NCBI GenBank assembly: GCA_036387915.1
Contig: DASVSV010000315.1
Coordinates: 1-60,062 of the forward strand
DNA length: 60,062 nucleotides
Direction of reading: 5' to 3'
From: Thermoanaerobaculia bacterium
GTDB taxonomy: Bacteria > Acidobacteriota > Thermoanaerobaculia > Gp7-AA8
Positions within the stretch are counted from its first letter, which is position 1. Each line of letters starts with the position of its first letter. This document shows, in pieces, positions 40,776 through 49,729 of this stretch. The notes beneath the pieces are model-generated. The model searched no databases. It saw only the letters and a program-made list of their open reading frames with translations, and was not told the origin of the DNA. Made by a program: the position numbers and the translations under genes.

Positions 40776-41014
40776 TTTGCTTAGTTCTCAGTGACTGCAG
40801 ACAAACAGACAGGCGGCGACACGGGATCGCCGCAAGTCAATAGAAACCGGTTTTGTTTTTTCCCGTTGCTCGGTCCGGAACCGCAGAACGATTTCTGTGT
40901 TATCCGGTCGAGACGGAGCTACGGAAAGCTGAGTTGGGTACTGCGTACTGCCCAGGTCCCGCGATGAGCGGGACCGGTAAACCTACGACCCTGCGGTGAG
41001 CGGGGCCGCGAATC

Positions 41015-41485
41015 TTACCACCGATAATGCGCGAACGCCTTGTTGGCTTCCGCCATCTTGTGCGTGTCTTCGCGCTTCTTGATCGCGTTGCCGCGATTGT
41101 TGGCCGCGTCCATGATCTCGCCGGCCAGCTTGTCCATCATCGTCTTCTCGCCGCGCGAGTTGGCGTACTGGATCATCCAGCGGATGGCCAGCGCGGTGCG
41201 GCGCGTCGGACGGACTTCGATCGGAACCTGATAGTTCGAGCCACCGACGCGGCGGCTCTTGACCTCGAGGGCCGGCTTCACGTTGTCGATCGCCTTCTTG
41301 AACAGCTTGAGCGGATCGTCCTTGGCGCGGTCCTCGACCTTCTTCAGGGCGCTGTAGAACACGCGCTCGGCCACCGACTTCTTGCCGTCGCTCATCAGGG
41401 AGTTGATGAACTTCGTCACGAGCTGGCTGTTGTAGACCGGATCCGGGAGGATCTCACGCTTGGGAACTTCTCTTCTTCTCGGCAT
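41015..41485 (-). CDS. rpsG: 30S ribosomal protein S7
   Basis: [20 protein letters not shown]... Confidence 0.97.
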   Translation of the reverse strand: MPRRREVPKREILPDPVYNSQLVTKFINSLMSDGKKSVAERVFYSALKKVEDRAKDDPLKLFKKAIDNVKPALEVKSRRVGGSNYQVPIEVRPTRRTALAIRWMIQYANSRGEKTMMDKLAGEIMDAANNRGNAIKKREDTHKMAEANKAFAHYRW

Positions 41486-41490
41486 GGTGG

Positions 41491-41868
41491 TTACGCCTTC
41501 TTGGGTCGCTTGGCCCCGTACTTGGAGCGGCTCTGGTTGCGCTTGGCGACGCCGACGGCGTCCAGCGTTCCGCGGACGACGTGGTAACGCACGCCCGGGA
41601 GATCCTTCACACGGCCCCCGCGAATGAGCACGATCGAGTGCTCCTGGAGGTTGTGACCCACGCCCGGGATGTACGTCGTGACTTCGACACCGTTGGTCAA
41701 ACGGACACGGGCGACCTTGCGGAGAGCCGAGTTCGGCTTCTTCGGCGTCGAGGTGTAGACGCGCGTGCAGACGCCGCGCTTCTGCGGGCTCGACTGGAGG
41801 GCAGGCGACTTCGTCTTGTACTTGACGCTCTCGCGGCCCTTCGCAACAAGCTGATTGATGGTTGGCAT
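41491..41868 (-). CDS. rpsL: 30S ribosomal protein S12
   Basis: Start [28 protein letters not shown]. Confidence 0.97.
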   Translation of the reverse strand: MPTINQLVAKGRESVKYKTKSPALQSSPQKRGVCTRVYTSTPKKPNSALRKVARVRLTNGVEVTTYIPGVGHNLQEHSIVLIRGGRVKDLPGVRYHVVRGTLDAVGVAKRNQSRSKYGAKRPKKA

Positions 41869-41935
41869 TCGGTTGCTTATCCTTCTGAAGACACGTACAG
41901 CGAAAAAGTCTGCTCCCGCAAGGGAAAACCCGCGC

Positions 41936-41964
41936 ACTTTAGGCGTGGGAATGAGCTTTGTCAA
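41936..41964 (-). promoter_or_regulatory. Sigma70-like promoter of the str operon: TTGACA, 17 nt, TAAAGT
   Basis: The minus strand reads gggcTTGACAaagctcattcccacgccTAAAGTgcg, about 70 nt upstream of the rpsL ATG. Confidence 0.6.
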
Positions 41965-42008
41965 GCCCGGACCAGCGCTAACCGGGCATCCCTAAGCTCT
42001 TATTCCGC

Positions 42009-42935
42009 CTAGAAGTTCACCCATGTGCCGCGGTTCAGCCCGCGTGCTTTTTCGTACAGAAACGCGGCCGACGCGAGGTCTTCCACGGCTAGCCCGAGCG
42101 ACTTGAACAGCGTCAGCTCGTCTTCCGATTTCCGCCCCTCGGCCGCCCCGGTCAGCAGCTCGCCGAGCTCGGCCCGGATGTGAGTTTCGTTGATTGCACC
42201 GTCGCGCCTGGCGAACAGAAAGTCACCACTCTCATTGACCGTGGACTCGCGCCGGTCCACAAAAAGCGCACAGGCCGCCACTGTCTCACTGTCGAGCTCG
42301 CGCGCGGCGGCGATGCTCGACCCAACGGCATTGATGTGCACGCCCGGGCTCAGCCATTCGCGTTTCAGGACCGGCTCGCGCGAGCTCGTCGCGGTGACGA
42401 TGATGTCCGCGCCGCGAACGGCCTCTTCCGCACTGTCGCCGCGTCCGCACATCCGGATCTCCCGGATCTCGCGCACCAACGGGATGGCCCGGCGGTGACT
42501 CTGCCCCTGCACGCCCGTCCCGAGGATGGCGAGCACGGCCGCATCTTTGCGGGCGAGCAGCTTCGTCGCCACGGCCGAAACCGCCGCCGTCCGGATGGTC
42601 GTGATCGCCGACGCATTCATGAACGCCAGCGGCTCCCCGGTCTCGCCGCTATGCAGGATCACCGCGCCGAGATGCGTGTCCAGGCCGCGCTTCGGGTTCT
42701 CCGGGAAGACGCAGACTTCCTTCAGGGCGTAGTACGGCGTCCCGCCGCTCCGCCAGGCCGGCATCAGGCCGAGGAGGCCCGGCGCACCGGGAGCGCGAAT
42801 GGCCTGCCGCAGCGGGTTGTGCACCTCCCCGCGCCCGAGGGCGGCCAGCGCGTCCTCCATCACGGCGATGCACTCCTCCATGGTGAGGAGCTCTTCGACT
42901 TCGTGCTCGTTGAGGATGAGGACTTTCATCGTCAC
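42009..42935 (-). CDS. Ornithine cyclodeaminase/mu-crystallin family protein
   Basis: ITTIRTAAVSAVATKLLA and GTGVQG Rossmann motifs. A GTG at 42935 overlaps the upstream stop; an alternative ATG lies at 42929. Confidence 0.85.
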   Translation of the reverse strand: MTMKVLILNEHEVEELLTMEECIAVMEDALAALGRGEVHNPLRQAIRAPGAPGLLGLMPAWRSGGTPYYALKEVCVFPENPKRGLDTHLGAVILHSGETGEPLAFMNASAITTIRTAAVSAVATKLLARKDAAVLAILGTGVQGQSHRRAIPLVREIREIRMCGRGDSAEEAVRGADIIVTATSSREPVLKREWLSPGVHINAVGSSIAAARELDSETVAACALFVDRRESTVNESGDFLFARRDGAINETHIRAELGELLTGAAEGRKSEDELTLFKSLGLAVEDLASAAFLYEKARGLNRGTWVNF

Positions 42936-43294
42936 TCATCGCGATGGACCGTACCCATCGAGAAGGCTGGCAGGCAGACGGCCACGTACTCGGCCCCTTC
43001 GGCGCCGGGCGTCGAGTACTGCACCCATTCGCCGCCGTGCGTGATCACGGCCTGTCCGGCGTGCACGTCGGTCGAGCCGCTGCGGGTGGTCACGCGGAGC
43101 GTTCCGCGAATGACGAGCGTGTACTCGTCGAACTCCGGCGTCTGTCCCGGCTCGACCCAGCCACTCGGGCTCTTCATCCGCGCGATCGAGACCGCCTCGG
43201 TCTTCGAATTCACGCGTCCGACATACTCCTCGATGATCTTCGGCTTGTTCCCCGCGGCCTGCACGATCGACGGCTGTTGAATGAAAGTCGGCAT
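42932..43294 (-). CDS. Cupin-domain protein (120 aa)
   Basis: Start MPTFIQQPSIV. Beta-barrel-like PEFDEYTLVIRGTL...HAGQAVITHGGEWVQY. The longer ORF N-terminus is Arg/Pro-rich and was discarded. Confidence 0.7.
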   Translation of the reverse strand: MPTFIQQPSIVQAAGNKPKIIEEYVGRVNSKTEAVSIARMKSPSGWVEPGQTPEFDEYTLVIRGTLRVTTRSGSTDVHAGQAVITHGGEWVQYSTPGAEGAEYVAVCLPAFSMGTVHRDE

Positions 43295-43305
43295 AGCGCG
43301 GGAGT

Positions 43306-43656
43306 TTACAGCGCCGAACCCAGCCATCGCTCGATCGCGGCGAGCACATGGCGCACTTCTTCGTCCGTGAGCGCGTGGCCCTTGGCGATGCCGTACGTTT
43401 TCTCCAGACAGCCGCGGCAGCACGTGGCTGTGGCGTGCTGGGCGACGAACACCGGATGGTTGCGCCACGGCGTCTGCCGTCCGTCGTTCGGGATGACTGC
43501 CGGCGCGAGGCGTTTCCGGATCAGCTCCTCTGCCTGTTTCATCACGTGCGGCAGTCCCCACGTCTGCAGGTACGCCAGTTCCCGCCCCTGCAGCCGGAAC
43601 TTCCGGCGGAACGCCGACCGCGCCAGCCACGCGAAGGCCTCATCCAATCCAATCAT
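43306..43656 (-). CDS. DUF4186-family protein
   Basis: NDGRQTPWRNHPVFVAQHATATCCRGCLEK matches the conserved DUF4186 core as I recall it. Confidence 0.7.
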   Translation of the reverse strand: MIGLDEAFAWLARSAFRRKFRLQGRELAYLQTWGLPHVMKQAEELIRKRLAPAVIPNDGRQTPWRNHPVFVAQHATATCCRGCLEKTYGIAKGHALTDEEVRHVLAAIERWLGSAL

Positions 43657-43668
43657 CGGGCTCGATCA

Positions 43669-45426
43669 TCAGCGCGTCGCAACAACGAAGCGCCCGATCT
43701 GCATCCGCTTTGGATACGTGGCCTCGATCCACCGCGCAAGCTCGGGGACGCGCTGCGTATTGGTGACGCCGTCGAAGCCCTCGATCTCCGGATACCCGCG
43801 CACGATCACGCAAACCGGCGGGTTCGCGTTCAACTGTCCCATGGCCTCGGACAGCATGCTCGGGACGGAGAGCATCGACACTTCCATGCAGCGCGTGGCC
43901 GGCTTCCGCTGCAGCAGGTAATAGAGCGCCCGTTCATTGGAAAAGTCGAAGATCGTGCCCGGCCCGAGTGCGTCGACAGCCGCCGCCAGGGCGGCCAGGT
44001 CATTGGCGTTGTCGGGCGTCGTGTAGATGCCGCGTCCCGTTGCCAGCGGATACGGCACCAGCCCATCGTGTTGCTGCCGCGCGGACCAGCCCGCGATGAG
44101 CTTCGCGCCGGCGACGACGTTCTCCCTCACCTCGAAGTAGATGAACAGCGGCGCCGCGAGCAGCGCCGCCGCGATGGTGCCGCGCCGCGTGCGGAACAGC
44201 GGCTCGACCACGAACGCCACCACCGCGATGCCGAGCAGCGGGACGGCGAAGCGCGTGTGGCTCCACCCCGCGCGGCCTGCAGCGGTGCGGAACAGGAGGA
44301 TGGAGAACAGCATCACGATGGCGACGTTCGCCGCGAACCGTTTGTCGCCGCGCCGCATCGCCACGACCCCGAGGACGAGGGCGAAGCCGTAGAAGACCGG
44401 CGGGAGGTAGTAGCGGACACCGTTCGCGGTCAGCGGCGCCGGCGCGGGCAAGGCCCAGAGCGCGTCGATCGCTCGAGGCATGACCACGAACGAGTCGACG
44501 AAGAACTGCCGCAGGTCGGCCCGCACGGCGATCAGCACGACCAGCGGCAGCAAAGCGGCGACCGCCCCGAGCGCGAGCACGCGCGGCCACGGCAGCGGCT
44601 TCGTCTCGAGGCGGAACACGCGCAGCACGACGATCGCGGCCGCCGTTCCGGCGACGGCGAAGAGTCCCGTGTCGAGACTCCAGAGGACTCCCAATGTCGA
44701 CGACGCGAGCGCGAGAAAGAGCGGCGCACTCCGCCCGCTGCGCGCGTAGCGGAGCAGGCCGAGGACCGCGAGCAACACGGGCGCGAGACGAAAGTACGGA
44801 AACACCGGCAGCCACAACGCCGCGCACGCGCAGAGCGACACGAGCACTCCCGCGATGAGGCCGGCCATCGTGACCGTCACCTCCGCCGCGATCGGCACGA
44901 GCAGCGCCAGCGTGGCCGCGTCGAGCAACGTCTGCAGGCGTCGCGGACGGAGCGGCGACGGCGGGTCGCCGAGCACCATCGCGTCCAGTCCGGCGTCGAC
45001 CGCCAGTCCGTGAAAGACGTAAAAGTCGCCGTACGGCCGCGCGCCGCTCTTCATCAGCCAGCCCGCGGTGAGGTGCTCCCCTTCATGGAACGGGTCCATG
45101 AGTGCGTACGGATGATCGTGCGCGAAGAACATCACCGCGAAGACGATCGCGCCGAGGGTCAGACGCGGCCAGAGCCGCGATTCCGGGCGCTCGCCGCTCC
45201 ACGCCTCCCCGCGCGCACGCCACGACGCGAGCACACCGCCCGCGAACGCGCCGAGGATCAGCAGCGCGACGACGGCGTAATCCCAGCTCTTCGGATACCC
45301 GGCGATCGTCACCGGCCCCACGCCGCCTGCCGGAATGGAGAAGAGCGGGCGCACGAGCGGGGCCGCGGCGGCAGCGAGCGCCGCGCCGAACAGCGAGCCG
45401 GCCGCGGCGCGGCCCATCGGAATCAT
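43669..45426 (-). CDS. Large polytopic membrane protein with a C-terminal soluble domain, function unknown
   Basis: At least 12 predicted hydrophobic helices. Start chosen at MIPMGRAAAG. I recognise no diagnostic motif. Confidence 0.6.
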   Translation of the reverse strand: MIPMGRAAAGSLFGAALAAAAAPLVRPLFSIPAGGVGPVTIAGYPKSWDYAVVALLILGAFAGGVLASWRARGEAWSGERPESRLWPRLTLGAIVFAVMFFAHDHPYALMDPFHEGEHLTAGWLMKSGARPYGDFYVFHGLAVDAGLDAMVLGDPPSPLRPRRLQTLLDAATLALLVPIAAEVTVTMAGLIAGVLVSLCACAALWLPVFPYFRLAPVLLAVLGLLRYARSGRSAPLFLALASSTLGVLWSLDTGLFAVAGTAAAIVVLRVFRLETKPLPWPRVLALGAVAALLPLVVLIAVRADLRQFFVDSFVVMPRAIDALWALPAPAPLTANGVRYYLPPVFYGFALVLGVVAMRRGDKRFAANVAIVMLFSILLFRTAAGRAGWSHTRFAVPLLGIAVVAFVVEPLFRTRRGTIAAALLAAPLFIYFEVRENVVAGAKLIAGWSARQQHDGLVPYPLATGRGIYTTPDNANDLAALAAAVDALGPGTIFDFSNERALYYLLQRKPATRCMEVSMLSVPSMLSEAMGQLNANPPVCVIVRGYPEIEGFDGVTNTQRVPELARWIEATYPKRMQIGRFVVATR

Positions 45427-45447
45427 CGGCCCCGGATTGTATGGGAA

Positions 45448-45535
45448 CGCAGGGCGCGGCTTCAGCCCGCCCCCTCGTGCGCCGTCCCAGCCGCGCACCC
45501 TGCACGGTCTGAACGGGCTGAAGCCACGTCCTACG
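45448..45535. repeat. REP-like imperfect palindrome (GGCTTCAGCCCG / CGGGCTGAAGCC arms) in a divergent intergenic region
   Basis: Arms CGCAGGGCGCGGCTTCAGCCCG and CGGGCTGAAGCCACGTCCTACG, separated by 44 nt. Confidence 0.7.
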
Positions 45536-45614
45536 TTCGGCTCACGCTGCGTGACGGTCAGCGGCGCGCGTGCGCGGTTGACGCGGGTCCGCGGGCGATG
45601 TTCGAATCGCGCGC

Positions 45615-46214
45615 ATGGATTCGTTCAGCCGCGCGTTTCTGGAAGAGAGCATCGAAGTCCTCCGCCGCATCGACGCCGAGGCCATCGACCGCATGGCCGC
45701 CGGCCTGGCCGCCTCCCGTGAAGCCGGCGGCCGTCTCTTCATCCTCGGCGTCGGCGGCTCGGCCGGACACGCCAGTCACGCGGTGAACGACTTCCGCAAG
45801 ATCTGCCGGTTCGAGGCGTACACGCCCACCGACAACGTCTCCGAGCTCACCGCGCGCGTGAACGACGAGGGCTGGGACAGTTGCTTCTCCGAGTGGCTGA
45901 AGATCTCGCGCATGACCGCGAACGACGCGGTGCTGGTCTTCTCCGTCGGCGGCGGCAACGTGGAGAAGAACGTCTCCGTAAACCTGGTCAACGCCATCGA
46001 CCACGCGCGCGAGCGCGGCGCGAAAGTGTTCGGCATTGTCGGGAAGGACGGCGGCTACACGAAACAGGTCGCCGACGAATGCGTGCTGATCCCCATCGTC
46101 TCGAACGACCGCATCACGCCGCACACCGAGGGGCTGGCGGCCGTGGTGTGGCACCTGCTCGTCTCGCACCCCGCGCTCAAGGTCACGCAGACGAAGTGGG
46201 AGAGCGTGAAGTGA
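45615..46214 (+). CDS. gmhA: SIS-domain sedoheptulose-7-phosphate isomerase
   Basis: LFILGVGGSAGHASHAVNDF, VFSVGGG and HTEGL are typical of GmhA-type SIS proteins. Confidence 0.8.
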   Translation: MDSFSRAFLEESIEVLRRIDAEAIDRMAAGLAASREAGGRLFILGVGGSAGHASHAVNDFRKICRFEAYTPTDNVSELTARVNDEGWDSCFSEWLKISRMTANDAVLVFSVGGGNVEKNVSVNLVNAIDHARERGAKVFGIVGKDGGYTKQVADECVLIPIVSNDRITPHTEGLAAVVWHLLVSHPALKVTQTKWESVK

Positions 46215-46272
46215 GCGATGAATGATGAGCGATGAGCGGGGATGTTCACCGCTCAGTCGTTTGCGAGAAGCA

Positions 46273-46459
46273 CGCAATTCTGTCATCCCGAGCGTGAGTC
46301 GAGGGACCTGGGTGGGCGGGGACGCGCGGCATGCGCCGAAGCGGAACGCTCGCACAACAAACGCGCTCCCGAGCGATCGGCGGCAACGGCTGGCGGCATG
46401 TGCTGCGCGTCCCCTCCCGCCCAGGTCCCTCGACTCACGCTCGGGATGACAGAATTGCG
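46273..46459. repeat. MITE-like element: about 56-bp terminal inverted repeats (54/56 matching) around a 75-nt core
   Basis: Left arm CGCAATTCTGTCATCCCGAGCGTGAGTCGAGGGACCTGGGTGGGCGGGGACGCGCG. The right arm (46404-46459) is its reverse complement with 2 mismatches. A partial copy, CGCTCGGGATGACAG, occurs at 53280-53294. Confidence 0.85.
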
Positions 46460-46983
46460 CTGACCAGTTCCGCGAGGTCGCGCACGCGCAGATCCGGCTC
46501 GATCCTGCCGCGCTTATGAGCCGATCCGGGATGCTCGAGCAGGGCGACTTTGCAGCCCGCGGCGCGGCCGCAGGCGAGGTCGCTGTCCTGATCGCCGACC
46601 ATCCACGAGCGCCAGAGATCGACGTCGAACTCGCGCGCGGCCTCGTGCAGAAAGAACGGATTCGGCTTGCGGCACCCGCATTGATCCGAGGCCTGGTGGA
46701 AGCATTGGTAGCTGCGCGTGATCGGCACGCCGAGGCTCTGCACGATGTGTTCGTGCACCGCGTGGAGATTTTCGAGTGAGGTCTTTCCCTTCGCGAAGCT
46801 GGGCTGATTGGTGACGATGAACAGCAGCCAGCCGGCATCGGACAGGCGCTGCAGCGGCTCGGTCACGCCGTCGATCATCTGCACGTCCTCGACGCGGCGC
46901 GGCGACTCCCATTCCCCGTGTGACGGGTAGAACACGAGCTCGTCGAGGATGCCGTCGCGGTCGAGAAAAAGTGCGCGTTTCAT
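46435..46983 (-). CDS. gmhB: HAD-IIIA D,D-heptose 1,7-bisphosphate phosphatase
   Basis: FLDRDGIL (DxDG), VTNQ and GDQDSD motifs. The ATGA start overlaps the upstream gene. Confidence 0.8.
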   Translation of the reverse strand: MKRALFLDRDGILDELVFYPSHGEWESPRRVEDVQMIDGVTEPLQRLSDAGWLLFIVTNQPSFAKGKTSLENLHAVHEHIVQSLGVPITRSYQCFHQASDQCGCRKPNPFFLHEAAREFDVDLWRSWMVGDQDSDLACGRAAGCKVALLEHPGSAHKRGRIEPDLRVRDLAELVSAILSSRA

Positions 46984-48686
46984 AGGTCCGGCACGTGCGT
47001 GACGCGCGTCGACTCCGCCTCCAGGCTCACGCCGGGGGGCGGCTGGCGGAAGAGCACGCGGTCATCGCCGGCGATCATGATGACGCCGATCGGCTCCGCC
47101 GCATGCGAAGTCAGCGAGAGGCGCTCTCCTTTCCGCAATTGCGGACCGCCGGAGATCGTGACCGGCGGATCGGCCATTCCGCGCAGCGTCAGCGGCTCGC
47201 CGCGATATGCCTCGAACGGACTGCGGAACCACGGATGCCGCGCCAGCTCCGGCGACGCATAGAGGCGATAGGTCCCGTCGCGCGGGACGATCCACGTCAC
47301 CGTCTGTTCGGGCCGCACGACCGCGTTCAGTCCCGGCACCCAGACGTTGCGCCAGACCGGCAGGTAGTGCCGCACCAGATACGGCGCCAGTTCGCGCTGC
47401 ACCGTCCCCACCCACAGCAGCGTGTTGTGATCGAACGCGACGGCCGCGGGCGGATCGTCGAGCGAGTAGCGCGGCGCGAGCCCCTGCGCGACGAGCAGGC
47501 GCGCCAGTTCCGGCAGGAACCAGAAGCGGTACGCCGGCTCGCGGCGCAGCGCCCACGGCACGCCGCTCCAGACTTTCTCGCCCGGCAGCGTGCGCGCGTG
47601 CACCTCGCGCATGACCAGGTCCTGATACGCCCGGTCGCCTTCCTTGCCGCGGAAGATCGACGCGAACGCGTTCACGCCCCACGCGACGACGAGCAGCGCC
47701 ACGACGAAACCCTGCCGCGGAATGCGCTCGACCGCGGCAGCCATGAGAGGCAGCGCCAGGATCACGACGAGCGCGAAGTGGTAGTTGTAGATGAACTTCA
47801 TCGAGGAGATGAAGAGCAGGTTCACGAGCTGCAGGATCGCGATCACGCGCAGCTCGCGCCGCCGCCACGCGAACAGCAGTCCCGCGAAGCCGAGCAGCAG
47901 CACCGCGATCCCGCCGACGTCCACCGCCGCCCACTCGAACAGCCGGTCGGAGGCCATGATGCGCATGCCGAACGGCACCAGCAGCCGGTGAATGAACGCG
48001 CCGATCACCGGCACCGCGAACTTCTCGGCGAGGTTGTCGCGCCACACCTGCTGCCACAGCTCGTCCACCGACGACGTGGCCGCAAAATATGTGAGACACG
48101 CCGCCAGTCCCGCGAAGCCGCCGGCGATGATGCGCTTACGAAAGTGCAGCAGCACGGCCACGACGAGCACCGGTCCCAGGCGCAGGTTCGCGAAGCCCGC
48201 CAGGCAGAACACGAATCCCGCGGCGAAGTCGCGGTTGCGTTGCGCGAGCACCAGTCCGGCCACGAACAGCAGGCATCCCAGCGACTCGACGCGATACTCG
48301 ACCGCCGGGATCATGAACAGCGAGCTGCAGAGCGCGAGCGCCATCGCCTTCCAGCGCGCGTGAGCTCCGATCCCCGCGCCGCGCATCCAGACATTCGCCA
48401 GCCAGAACGTGCCGATCCAGACCGGAATCTGCGCCCAGCGCATGGCGATGATCGCCCCCACACCCGGCGAGTCGCTCAACCACGTGAACGGCGCGAACAC
48501 GAACCACATCAGCGGCGTGTGGTGCTCCCAGAAGTCGCGATACGGCACGCGCCCTTCCGCGATCCAGCGCGTGGCGCGAAAGAATTCGAGCTCGTCCCAG
48601 TTGAGAGGATGCAGGAACTGGAGGGGAAGCAGCCGGACCAGAGCCGCGGTGAGTGCGAGGAGAAGCGGCCACCGGAGCGCCGGCAT
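46980..48686 (-). CDS. GT-C-fold membrane glycosyltransferase (ArnT/PMT, GT39/83-like)
   Basis: Start MPALRWPLLL. First-loop acidic motif PLNWDELEFF. About 11 TM helices and a C-terminal periplasmic-type domain. An alternative GTG at 48788 would add a repeat-encoded extension. Confidence 0.7.
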   Translation of the reverse strand: MPALRWPLLLALTAALVRLLPLQFLHPLNWDELEFFRATRWIAEGRVPYRDFWEHHTPLMWFVFAPFTWLSDSPGVGAIIAMRWAQIPVWIGTFWLANVWMRGAGIGAHARWKAMALALCSSLFMIPAVEYRVESLGCLLFVAGLVLAQRNRDFAAGFVFCLAGFANLRLGPVLVVAVLLHFRKRIIAGGFAGLAACLTYFAATSSVDELWQQVWRDNLAEKFAVPVIGAFIHRLLVPFGMRIMASDRLFEWAAVDVGGIAVLLLGFAGLLFAWRRRELRVIAILQLVNLLFISSMKFIYNYHFALVVILALPLMAAAVERIPRQGFVVALLVVAWGVNAFASIFRGKEGDRAYQDLVMREVHARTLPGEKVWSGVPWALRREPAYRFWFLPELARLLVAQGLAPRYSLDDPPAAVAFDHNTLLWVGTVQRELAPYLVRHYLPVWRNVWVPGLNAVVRPEQTVTWIVPRDGTYRLYASPELARHPWFRSPFEAYRGEPLTLRGMADPPVTISGGPQLRKGERLSLTSHAAEPIGVIMIAGDDRVLFRQPPPGVSLEAESTRVTHVPDL

Positions 48687-48779
48687 TCTGCCGGCCGGTC
48701 CGCTGGCATTCTGCCGGCCGTCTTCCTCGTCGGGCCGGCTGGAAGCCAGCGGACCGGCCGGCTGGAAGCCGGCGCTCCG
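48673..48779. repeat. Compound palindrome of four mini-hairpins (2 x GCCGGCA-TTC-TGCCGGC and 2 x GCCGGCT-GGA-AGCCGGC)
   Basis: 47-nt arms at 48673-48719 and 48733-48779, with a 13-nt loop. Read directly. Confidence 0.85.
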
Positions 48780-48784
48780 TTTCT

Positions 48785-49729
48785 TCACGTGAGCTGCTCC
48801 ACGACCTCCGCGATCGTGCGTCGCACCGCCTCCGCGCTGGTGTGCTTCGGCGTCCACCCGAGCGCGGTCATGCGGCGCGTGTCGAGTTGCACCTGCGGCA
48901 CGTCGCCGCGCCAGCCGCGCGGACTGTCGCCGTACTGCACGTCGATCTTCGCGCGGTCGATGCCCATGGCCTCGATCGTCCACTCCGCGATCTCGCGCAC
49001 CGAGGTCTGGTCGTCGACGGCGAGGTTGTGCACGCTGACGTGGTCGCGCGCGTGGGCGATGCCGAACTCCATCCCGTCGAGCGTGTCCTCGACGTAGACG
49101 TACGGCTTGGCCTGCGTGCCGTCACCGAGGACCACCAGCTTCGCCGGATCGTCGCGGAGGCGCAGCACGAAGTCGTAGATCACGCCGTGCGTCGGATTCG
49201 GGCCGACCACGTTGCCGAAGCGGTAGATCCACGCGCGCAGGTCGTAGTTGTGCGCGAACGCGGTGATGAGCGTCTCGCACGCCACCTTGCTCGCCGCATA
49301 AAGCGAGATCGGCAGGATCGGACCGTAATCCTCGGGCGTCGGCATGACCGTCGGCTCGCCGTACACCGCGCCGCTGCTGGAGAAGACGATCTCCTTCACC
49401 GCCGCGCGGCGCATCGCCTCGAGCACGTTGTACGTGACCAGCGTGCCCCCCTTCAGGTCAAAGTCGGTGTACTTCGTTCCGAAGCTGATGTCGCTGTTCG
49501 CGGCCAGATGCCAGATGCGATCCGGCTTGAACTCGGCGATCAGCGCGACGAGGCGATCGAGGTCGAGCAGGTCCATCGCGTGAAACGTGAACCGCGGATG
49601 CTCAACGACGTACTCGCGTTTGCCGAGAAAGAAATTGTCGACGCCCGCGACCACGTCTCCGCGTTTCAGCAGCCGCGGGATGAGGTTCGAGGCGATGAAG
49701 CCGGCCGCGCCGGTGACGAGGATTCTCAA
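48785..49729 (-). CDS. NAD-dependent sugar-nucleotide epimerase (extended SDR)
   Basis: ILVTGAAGFIASNL, SSSGAVYGEP and YAASKVACE (YxxxK). A TTG start overlaps the hddC stop (TTGA). Confidence 0.8.
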   Translation of the reverse strand: MRILVTGAAGFIASNLIPRLLKRGDVVAGVDNFFLGKREYVVEHPRFTFHAMDLLDLDRLVALIAEFKPDRIWHLAANSDISFGTKYTDFDLKGGTLVTYNVLEAMRRAAVKEIVFSSSGAVYGEPTVMPTPEDYGPILPISLYAASKVACETLITAFAHNYDLRAWIYRFGNVVGPNPTHGVIYDFVLRLRDDPAKLVVLGDGTQAKPYVYVEDTLDGMEFGIAHARDHVSVHNLAVDDQTSVREIAEWTIEAMGIDRAKIDVQYGDSPRGWRGDVPQVQLDTRRMTALGWTPKHTSAEAVRRTIAEVVEQLT

